From the NCBI GenBank assembly GCA_002430735.1, contig DJCV01000003.1, positions 21,142 through 85,141 on the forward strand: a stretch of DNA of 64,000 nucleotides. The letters are read 5' to 3'. The first letter of the stretch is position 1, and every line of letters starts with the position of its first letter. The position numbers were made by a program, and so were the translations under genes. The notes below the pieces were generated by a model. It ran no database searches. It saw nothing but the letters and a program-made list of their open reading frames with translations, and was not told the origin of the DNA. The DNA is from Candidatus Woesebacteria bacterium UBA5941. GTDB taxonomy: Bacteria > Patescibacteriota > Microgenomatia > UBA8517. This document shows, in pieces, positions 38,522 through 45,513 of this stretch.

Positions 38522-38561
38522 CAGATTGTATTGTAATGGGGTCACCGACTTGGTGATCTCA

Positions 38562-38870
38562 TTACATCTTTACTTCAATGGAGACTCCAGCAGGAAGATC
38601 TAAATTAGAAAGGGAATCAATAGTTCTCTCAGAAGGATCTAAAATATCTATTAAACGCTTGTGAATAAGCATTTCGTAGTGATCCCGTGCATTTTTATCA
38701 ATGAAAGGACCAGCGTTTACTGCATAAAGGGAGCGTTTCGTAGGAAGTGGGATTGGGCCGACAATTTTAGCACCAGTAGCAATTGCCGCGTCCAAAATCT
38801 TGGCTGCAGCCTCGTCAATGACTCTGTGGTCATAGCTCTTGAGCTTAACTCGAATTCTACCGGTTGGCAT
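38562..38870 (-). CDS. rpsJ: 30S ribosomal protein S10
   Basis: MPTGRIRVKLKSYDHRVIDEAAAKI... Confidence 0.95.
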   Translation of the reverse strand: MPTGRIRVKLKSYDHRVIDEAAAKILDAAIATGAKIVGPIPLPTKRSLYAVNAGPFIDKNARDHYEMLIHKRLIDILDPSERTIDSLSNLDLPAGVSIEVKM

Positions 38871-38906
38871 AATTGTTTCTTAAAGTGCGAGCAGGAGTGA
38901 GTGGTA

Positions 38907-40106
38907 TTACTTGGTGATCTTGGTGACAACACCAGCACCAACAGTCTTTCCACCTTCTCGAATTGCGAATCTCATACCTTCTTCGAGAGCGACTGGGGCA
39001 ATCAATTTCACACTCATTTTAGCGTTATCTCCAGGCATAATCATTTCAACACCTTCTGGAAGAGTAGCTTCTCCTGTAATGTCACCTGTTCGAATAAAGA
39101 ACTGTGGCTTGTATCCGCTAAAGAATGGTGTATGTCGTCCACCTTCTTCTTTAGACAAAACATATACTTCAGCGTCAAATTCTGAGTGTGGTGTGATTGA
39201 TTTTGGCTTAGCCAAAACTTGTCCTCTTTCAATATCGTCTTTTTCAACTCCTCGAAGTAATACTCCGACGTTGTCTCCAGCTTCTGTTAAGTCTAAAGTC
39301 TTTCGGAACATTTCGAGACCCGTTACAACGGTTGTCTTTGTCTCTTTAATACCTACGATTTCGATTTCTTCGTTAACCTTCAATTGTCCACGTTCTACTC
39401 GTCCAGTTACAACAGTTCCTCGACCTTTGATTGAGAATACATCTTCAACTGGCATTAAGAATGGCTTATCAGTGTCTCGACTTGGATCTGGAATATAGCT
39501 ATCAACTGCTGCCATAAGATCCAAAATCTTTTGTTCGTATTCTTTGTCTCCTTCGGTAGCTTTCAAAGCTGAACCTCGGATAACTGGGATTTCATCTCCT
39601 GGGAAGTTGTATTTCTTCAAAAGATCTCGAACTTCTTCTTCAACTAAGTCAATAAGTTCTGCGTCATCAACCATATCGCACTTGTTAAGGAAAACGACCA
39701 ATGCTGGAACGTTAACCTGACGAGCTAAAATAACGTGTTCTCGAGTTTGAGGCATCATTCCATCTGCTGCTGATACGACGAGGATTGCTCCATCCATCTG
39801 AGCTGCACCGGTAATCATGTTCTTGATGTAGTCTGCGTGTCCAGGAGCATCAATGTGAGCATAGTGGCGTTTTTCTGTTTCGTATTCAACGTGAGTAATG
39901 TTGATAGTGACTCCTCGAGCTTTTTCTTCAGGAGCATTGTCGATTTGATCATAAGCCATTGGCTTTGTTCCGTTTCCTGGTTGTTTAGCCAAAACGGTAG
40001 CAATGGCTGAAGTTAATGTAGTTTTTCCGTGGTCAACGTGACCAATGGTCCCAATATTGACGTGGGGCTTTGTTCTTTCAAATTTTTGTTTTGTATCTGC
40101 TGCCAT
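38907..40106 (-). CDS. tuf: elongation factor Tu
   Basis: [23 protein letters not shown]-motifs; 399 aa. Confidence 0.97.
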   Translation of the reverse strand: MAADTKQKFERTKPHVNIGTIGHVDHGKTTLTSAIATVLAKQPGNGTKPMAYDQIDNAPEEKARGVTINITHVEYETEKRHYAHIDAPGHADYIKNMITGAAQMDGAILVVSAADGMMPQTREHVILARQVNVPALVVFLNKCDMVDDAELIDLVEEEVRDLLKKYNFPGDEIPVIRGSALKATEGDKEYEQKILDLMAAVDSYIPDPSRDTDKPFLMPVEDVFSIKGRGTVVTGRVERGQLKVNEEIEIVGIKETKTTVVTGLEMFRKTLDLTEAGDNVGVLLRGVEKDDIERGQVLAKPKSITPHSEFDAEVYVLSKEEGGRHTPFFSGYKPQFFIRTGDITGEATLPEGVEMIMPGDNAKMSVKLIAPVALEEGMRFAIREGGKTVGAGVVTKITK

Positions 40107-40126
40107 GTGTGTATAGTACGAATTGT

Positions 40127-40154
40127 ATTTTACCTAGTCTAGGCGTGATTGCAA
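40127..40154 (-). promoter_or_regulatory. sigma70-like promoter for tuf (near-leaderless)
   Basis: Minus strand TTGCAA (40149-40154) - 16 nt - TAAAAT (40127-40132), ~20 nt before ATG 40106. Confidence 0.45.
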
Positions 40155-40156
40155 GG

Positions 40157-40168
40157 GGCAAATTTGCC
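40157..40168. promoter_or_regulatory. perfect 12-bp palindrome GGCAAATTTGCC immediately upstream of tuf -35 (candidate operator)
   Basis: Self-complementary 12-mer flanked by GATTGC/GCAATC arms. Confidence 0.3.
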
Positions 40169-40325
40169 GAAGCAATCCTCCTTAGTTGTTACTAGGATGA
40201 GGCTATTATCTTAAAGCCAGCCGAGCTTGTCAACACCCTAAACAAAGGAGGCTCCATTTGGTATGTCTTCTTCAGCCAAGAATGCTATACTATGGGAATT
40301 CAAATCGTTCATAAGGAGGACTGAA

Positions 40326-41297
40326 ATGATTCGATTTCGAGGAGCACTTTTTATCTTAATGGTCGTGATACTGCAATCTTTGTCTGTGAGCGCTCAGTGG
40401 CAAGGCCAAATAACCGGCGTGTTGACTGACAATATCGTCACGTTTACTGGATACAGCTTGCCGGCAAATGCAGAAGTCCTTGTGTCTCGGACTTTTCAGG
40501 GATCATGCATGGACCCTGATTTTCAAAATCGTTCAATTGGCCAAACATCTAATATCGGGAACTTAGTCTATACGAATGAAGTCCTGTGTGCCGGAGTGTA
40601 TGAATACCGGTTCACAATTGGCTCACTCCTATATCCTGTTCAAATCCAGTATGTGCGTCCTGCTCCCAACTTGGCAGACTTACCGCGTGGCTGCGGCAGC
40701 AAGAACCTAATACAACTGGGGTCACTCGTTCAACCGACGCGCGATGTGGCATTTTGGATGCTGCCAACCACTGGTGCTACGTCGAACAACGGGAATCCAC
40801 TTCGAACTATTACGAGTGGCGTACAAGTGAGGGTCATTGACGGCCCAGTTTGTAACGCAGACGGCATTTGGTGGAGGGTTGATTACCGGTTTACCTTTGG
40901 GGAAGGCATTCCATCGCAAAATATTGGATGGATCCGTGAATCAGCAAAAGGTGTGACACAGCTTGCTGTTGTAGCAAACAGCACTGTGGAGTTGCCAAAC
41001 GTCGTGACGCTGTCGACAACCATACCACAGGCAACCAGCTTGCTCTCTGTGCAAGGAATCAAAATGCGCTCTGCACCATCAGTGAAGGATGGCGAAAGCG
41101 TGCGGGTCGATGCATTAAAGACTGGTGATGGGCCGGTTACGATATTGGGACAGAACGGGAACGGAGCCTTTATCCAGGTACAAAAAGGTGCCATCGTTGG
41201 ATGGATTTGCACCCATTTAGCGGACACAAACGTCATTGAGTTGAATATCGACCTGCCGGTCACCGATGAATCAATGAATGAATGTTTCGTAAAGTAG
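40326..41297 (+). CDS. secreted protein with two bacterial SH3 (SH3b)-like domains
   Basis: Start at MIRFRGALFILMVVILQSLSVSAQ (signal peptide) with AAGGAGGA SD 5 nt upstream; SH3b-like blocks ...VQVRVIDGPVCNADGIWWRVDY...GWIRE and ...GESVRVDALKTGDGPVTILGQNGNGAFIQVQKGAIVGWICTHL. Confidence 0.6.
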   Translation: MIRFRGALFILMVVILQSLSVSAQWQGQITGVLTDNIVTFTGYSLPANAEVLVSRTFQGSCMDPDFQNRSIGQTSNIGNLVYTNEVLCAGVYEYRFTIGSLLYPVQIQYVRPAPNLADLPRGCGSKNLIQLGSLVQPTRDVAFWMLPTTGATSNNGNPLRTITSGVQVRVIDGPVCNADGIWWRVDYRFTFGEGIPSQNIGWIRESAKGVTQLAVVANSTVELPNVVTLSTTIPQATSLLSVQGIKMRSAPSVKDGESVRVDALKTGDGPVTILGQNGNGAFIQVQKGAIVGWICTHLADTNVIELNIDLPVTDESMNECFVK

Positions 41298-41353
41298 AAA
41301 GGAAGAATAAATTGGGGGGATCTATAATGGATCCCCTTTTTTCATGGAGTGGA

Positions 41354-43513
41354 TTATGCTTCTTTGCCTTTTGCAGCAACGATTTGAGCCGTTACGTTAC
41401 TTGGAACTTCCTCGTAGTGAGAAGGTTCAACATAAGAGCTTGCTCGACCTTGAGAGATAGATCGTAGTTTCGTTGCATATCCGTGTAATTCAGCCAATGG
41501 TACCGTTCCCGTAATAACCGTAAACATACCCTTCTTTTCAGTTCCTGAAATATTAGCTCGCTTACTGGAAAGATCTCCAATAATGTCTCCCATAAATTCG
41601 TCAGGGGTTGAGACTTCAATCTTCATAATAGGCTCAAGAAGTGCCATATCAGCGTTCTTTGCGGCTTCTTGTAGTCCGAGAGAACCTGCGATCTTAAAGG
41701 CCATTTCAGATGAGTCGACATCGTGGAAACTTCCATCGTATACAACAACCCGAATATCAACGAGTGGATACCCAGCCATAATTCCGTTTTCAAGTTTCTC
41801 TTTAACACCCTTTTCAATAGGTCCAATAAACTCCTGAGGGATTGCTCCTCCTTTAATCTCACTAACGAATTCAAATCCTTCTCCACGACCACGAGGTTCG
41901 ATGCGAAGCCAACAGTGGCCGTATTGCCCTCGACCTCCAGTTTGGCGAACGTATTTACCTTCTCCAGTTGAAATTTTTCGGATTGTTTCTTTGTAGGCAA
42001 CCTGAGGAGCTCCGGTTGTCGCTTCAACATTAAACTCTCGCTTCATTCGATTGACCAAGACTTCAAGCTGCAACTCTCCCATTCCGGAGATAATTGTTTG
42101 ACCAGTTTCAGGATTACTTTTGATTCGGAATGTTGGATCTTCGTCAGCGAGCTTGTTCAAAGCGAGTCCCATTTTTTCTTGGTCAGTCTTCGTTGCTGGT
42201 TCAATAGCAAGAGAGATAACAGGTTCTGGGAATGAAATAGATTCCAGAAGAATTGGGTGGGCTTCATCACACAAGGTATTTCCTGTTGTGGTGTCTCGAA
42301 GTCCAACAACTGCCACGATTTCTCCAGCATATGCCTCTTCAACAAGTTCTCGCTGATCAGCGTGGAGCAATACGAGTTTACCGATGCGCTCTCGTACTTG
42401 TCGACTTGCGTTATAGACTTCTTGTCCGGTCTTCAGCTTTCCAGAATAAATACGAACGTAGAGAAGGCGTCCTACGTGAGGATCAGTCATAACTTTGAAA
42501 CCAAGACCTGAGAATGGAGCTTCATTTTTTCGTTCTCGAATTTCTTTTTCGCCAGTTTTTGTGCTTACTCCTTCAACTGGTGGCACATCAACAGGGGATG
42601 GAAGATATTCAACAACCGCATTCAAAAGCAGTTGTGTGGTAGCTGTTCGATTGTCTCCTCCTAAGATAGGGAAGAACTTACCGCTAATAACACCTTTTCG
42701 AATAGCTCTTTTAATATCAAGCTCTGAAAGTTCTTGTCCTTCTAAATATTTGTTTAATGCCTCATCGTCAAATTCAGCAACGCGCTCAATCAATTGAGCT
42801 CTATATTTCTCAGCCATTTCCTTAATATCAGCTGGAATTTCTTCTTCTGTTAACTGAGTATCTTCAATAGCTTTATAGGTGTATGCCTTCATTTTGATCA
42901 AATCGACCATTCCTCGAAGTGAATGTTCAAATCCAACTGGAATTTGAATTGGAGCAGTATTTGCACCTAGTCGTTCATCAATAGACTTTAAGCTTCCTTC
43001 AAAGTCAGCTCCGATTAGATTTAACTTATTCAAAATACAAATACGAGGAACTTTATATTTGTCAGCTTGTCGCCAAACCGTTTCTGATTGAGATTCAACT
43101 CCTGTTCGTCCATCAAACACCATGACGGCTCCATCTAAAACTCGGAGTGATCGTTCAACTTCCGCCGTAAAGTCAATGTGGCCTGGAGTATCAATAATGT
43201 TAATTCGATAGTGTCCTGCCTCAACTGAAGTCGTTTCTTTTATATCCCAGAAGGTGGTAATCGCAGCTGAAACAATGGTAATTCCTCTCTCTCGCTCTTC
43301 TTCCATCCAGTCGGTTGCAGTTGTTCCATCGTCAACAGACCCTAATTTATAGGTCTTTCCTGTTTCATAGAGAATACGCTCAGTAGTAGTCGTTTTACCG
43401 GCATCAATGTGAGCAATAATTCCAATATTACGAATACGATCGTAATCAACTAAACGATCTTTCGTAACTGTGCTTACAATCGCGCTTTTCTTTTTTGCGG
43501 CTTGTGCTGCCAT
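41354..43513 (-). CDS. fusA: elongation factor G
   Basis: AHIDAGKTTTTERILY..., start set at MAAQAAKKKSAIVSTV (ATG complement 43511-43513). Confidence 0.95.
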   Translation of the reverse strand: MAAQAAKKKSAIVSTVTKDRLVDYDRIRNIGIIAHIDAGKTTTTERILYETGKTYKLGSVDDGTTATDWMEEERERGITIVSAAITTFWDIKETTSVEAGHYRINIIDTPGHIDFTAEVERSLRVLDGAVMVFDGRTGVESQSETVWRQADKYKVPRICILNKLNLIGADFEGSLKSIDERLGANTAPIQIPVGFEHSLRGMVDLIKMKAYTYKAIEDTQLTEEEIPADIKEMAEKYRAQLIERVAEFDDEALNKYLEGQELSELDIKRAIRKGVISGKFFPILGGDNRTATTQLLLNAVVEYLPSPVDVPPVEGVSTKTGEKEIRERKNEAPFSGLGFKVMTDPHVGRLLYVRIYSGKLKTGQEVYNASRQVRERIGKLVLLHADQRELVEEAYAGEIVAVVGLRDTTTGNTLCDEAHPILLESISFPEPVISLAIEPATKTDQEKMGLALNKLADEDPTFRIKSNPETGQTIISGMGELQLEVLVNRMKREFNVEATTGAPQVAYKETIRKISTGEGKYVRQTGGRGQYGHCWLRIEPRGRGEGFEFVSEIKGGAIPQEFIGPIEKGVKEKLENGIMAGYPLVDIRVVVYDGSFHDVDSSEMAFKIAGSLGLQEAAKNADMALLEPIMKIEVSTPDEFMGDIIGDLSSKRANISGTEKKGMFTVITGTVPLAELHGYATKLRSISQGRASSYVEPSHYEEVPSNVTAQIVAAKGKEA

Positions 43514-43521
43514 AGGCAATG

Positions 43522-43550
43522 ATTTTATCAATATTTGGAGGTTAAAGCAA
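43522..43550 (-). promoter_or_regulatory. sigma70-like promoter for fusA (leaderless arrangement)
   Basis: Minus strand TTGCTT (43545-43550) - 17 nt - TAAAAT (43522-43527), 8 nt before ATG. Confidence 0.4.
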
Positions 43551-43555
43551 TGAGC

Positions 43556-43601
43556 CGACAAAAAAAGACCTCTCGGGGTCTAGTGAAAAGCTCCGAGAGG
43601 A
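43556..43601 (-). terminator. intrinsic terminator ending the small-peptide transcript just upstream of fusA
   Basis: Minus RNA 11-bp stem CCUCUCGGAGC.../...GCUCCGAGAGG class (CCUCUCGG...CCGAGAGG) followed by UCUUUUUUU. Confidence 0.6.
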
Positions 43602-43708
43602 AGGATGAATGGCAAAGCGTATAGAACGATGGGAACAAGAATCACAAGAAACAAAATGATAAATATCACAAGTTGTTTCGTCGGGAACTTATTCCCGTAC
43701 CTGTCCAT
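43580..43708 (-). CDS. small hydrophobic peptide 2 (42 aa; below ORF-track cutoff)
   Basis: MDRYGNKFPTKQLVIFIILFLVILVPIVLYALPFILPLGAFH; start overlaps upstream stop in TAATG. Confidence 0.3.
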   Translation of the reverse strand: MDRYGNKFPTKQLVIFIILFLVILVPIVLYALPFILPLGAFH

Positions 43709-43824
43709 TACAGACAAGCTCCATACGCTTCGGCGTTACCACAAAATGCACCGATGACAGTCGAAATGGCTAGCAGTAACACAACAAAGCAAAAGAACAA
43801 CAACTGACGTCTATTCTTGAACAT
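43708..43824 (-). CDS. small hydrophobic peptide 1 (38 aa; below ORF-track cutoff)
   Basis: MFKNRRQLLFFCFVVLLLAISTVIGAFCGNAEAYGACL; GGAG 6 nt upstream of ATG. Confidence 0.3.
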   Translation of the reverse strand: MFKNRRQLLFFCFVVLLLAISTVIGAFCGNAEAYGACL

Positions 43825-43853
43825 GGACTACTCCATTTCTTGATACTTTACCT

Positions 43854-43862
43854 ATTATATCA
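43854..43862 (-). promoter_or_regulatory. extended -10 promoter (TGaTATAAT) for small-peptide operon
   Basis: Minus strand TGATATAAT ~30 nt upstream of peptide-1 ATG. Confidence 0.4.
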
Positions 43863-43910
43863 AAATATGGGCTATTTTGGCCGATTATTGATTTATGGTA
43901 CTGTGTGCTA

Positions 43911-44342
43911 ATGAAAGTAAAGATAAAACGATTCGACTCGTCACTCCCCATTCCTGCATATCAAACCAATGGGGCTGCAGGCTTTGACTGCTATGCGCGA
44001 GAAACAATAGTAATTCCAACGCATACAATCGCATACATCCCCCTCAACATTGGTCTTGAGATTCCAGAGGATTGTTGGGTACTTGTTGCAGCGCGCGGAT
44101 CGACGCACAAAATGGGAATTATGCCAATTAATGGGATTGGTGTTGGAGATTGGGATTTTTGCGGGGATAACGACGAGTATAAATTTGCCGTTTATAACTT
44201 TACCGATAATGAAGTAACCATTGAAAAAGGAACACGTGTCGCTCAGATGATTATTATGAAATATGAACAAGTTGAGCTTACTGAGGTAGACCACTTTGAA
44301 CACAAAGACCGCGGGGCATTTGGTAGTACTGGGAAAAAATAG
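43911..44342 (+). CDS. dut: dUTP diphosphatase
   Basis: MKVKIKRF...AAGFDCYA (dUTPase motifs)...RGSTHKMGI; ATG at 43911 (ORF-track start at 43905 is GTG). Confidence 0.85.
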   Translation: MKVKIKRFDSSLPIPAYQTNGAAGFDCYARETIVIPTHTIAYIPLNIGLEIPEDCWVLVAARGSTHKMGIMPINGIGVGDWDFCGDNDEYKFAVYNFTDNEVTIEKGTRVAQMIIMKYEQVELTEVDHFEHKDRGAFGSTGKK

Positions 44343-44343
44343 G

Positions 44344-44385
44344 CAAAAAAATCCCCCGCCAAACACTGGTCGAGGGACAACGATG
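44344..44385 (-). terminator. intrinsic terminator of the rpsL-rpsG transcript/3' element (overlaps dut stop on opposite strand)
   Basis: Minus RNA CCCUCG...CGGGGG stem followed by AUUUUUUUGCC. Confidence 0.5.
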
Positions 44386-44593
44386 GATCAGAGAAACATG
44401 CGGGCGGTGTGTACAAGACGTTGGTCATTAGACTAGCTGAATAGACAAGCTATCCCAACCGCGGTCCCCGCATTCTGATCAGACTTGCCAGTCATCAGAT
44501 GAACGCTTTCCAAGTCCAAAAAAGCGTCAGACTAGATGTAGTGTACTTGATAAAAGCAAAAATGGAGAGAAGAAAAATAAAACTTTTAGGTAT
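44386..44593 (-). ncRNA. candidate structured RNA element / long 3' UTR after rpsG containing 16S rRNA-like islands
   Basis: Minus strand: ...CUGAUCAGAAUGC...CCGCGGU...(hairpin insert)...CUUGUACACACCGCCCG, co-linear with 16S h43/h28/decoding-site segment; no ORF; several stable hairpins. Confidence 0.3.
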
Positions 44594-45073
44594 TTACCAC
44601 TTAAAGTGAGCAAATGCTTTGTTTGCTTCAGCGACTTTTTCGACGTCTTGCTTCTTTTTCACTGCAGGACCTTCGTTTTTAAGTGCGTCTAAAATTTCAG
44701 CTGCTAATTTTTCAGCAAATGTGTGGTATTCGGAGTTACTTCGTGACCGTGCTGCTTCAATAAGCCATCGAACACCTAATGAATCTTGGCGTCGTCCTCG
44801 AACTTGAACGGGAACTTGATAGGCAGCTCCACCGATTCGTCGAGCACGAACTTCCATAACGGGTCGAATGTTGTTTAAAGCTCGTGTGTATACAACAACT
44901 GCATCTTCGCCTGTTTTTTCAGCAATAAGCTTTAAGGCGTCATATACTTCGCGCTGAGCCACGCTTTTCTTTCCATCATACATTGCGCGATTTATAAGTT
45001 TCGCGATCATTACGTTGTTGTATACGGCGTCTCCGTTTACTTTACGTGGTCTAACAGCTCCTGGTCTTGGCAT
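44594..45073 (-). CDS. rpsG: 30S ribosomal protein S7
   Basis: 159 aa S7. Confidence 0.95.
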   Translation of the reverse strand: MPRPGAVRPRKVNGDAVYNNVMIAKLINRAMYDGKKSVAQREVYDALKLIAEKTGEDAVVVYTRALNNIRPVMEVRARRIGGAAYQVPVQVRGRRQDSLGVRWLIEAARSRSNSEYHTFAEKLAAEILDALKNEGPAVKKKQDVEKVAEANKAFAHFKW

Positions 45074-45080
45074 ATATTAA

Positions 45081-45503
45081 TTAAGCAGCTTGTGCTGATC
45101 CTTTCTTGGTTCCGTACTTAGATCGTCCGTTTACTCGTCCGACGACCCCTTTAGTATCATATTTTCCTCGTACAACCTTATACTTTACTCCAGCTAAATC
45201 TTTCACACGTCCGCTTCTGACAAGCACAATTCCGTGCTCAGCGAGATCATGTCCTTCACCTGGAATATATGCAGTTACTTCCATTTTGTTTGAAAGTCTG
45301 ACGCGAGCAACTTTTCGCAAAGCTGAATTAGGTTTTCGAGGAGTCATTGTTCGGACAGACAAGATCACTCCTCGTTTGAATGGAGAAGTGACCGTGCTAT
45401 AACGTCGTTTTTTGGAATTAAACCACTGCTTAATTGCTGTACTGCGAGCTTTCGCTTTCGTAGTTGTTCTTCCTTTTTTGACCAGTTGTGCGATTGTTGG
45501 CAT
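45081..45503 (-). CDS. rpsL: 30S ribosomal protein S12
   Basis: [12 protein letters not shown]... Confidence 0.95.
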   Translation of the reverse strand: MPTIAQLVKKGRTTTKAKARSTAIKQWFNSKKRRYSTVTSPFKRGVILSVRTMTPRKPNSALRKVARVRLSNKMEVTAYIPGEGHDLAEHGIVLVRSGRVKDLAGVKYKVVRGKYDTKGVVGRVNGRSKYGTKKGSAQAA

Positions 45504-45513
45504 TTTTTGTCTC

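Noticed and set aside
38522-38561. Hairpin (UCACC-aaguc-GGUGA) after rpsJ as an intrinsic terminator
   Set aside because: The stem is short and no U-tract follows on either strand, so it is not convincing as a terminator.
44386-44480. Possibility that the 16S-like islands mark a genuine rRNA gene or rRNA operon fragment
   Set aside because: Only about 35 nt in three islands match. The region is flanked within 250 nt by rpsG and dut, and no further 16S segments (for example the anti-SD end) follow. Hence it is a mimic or relic, not an rRNA gene.
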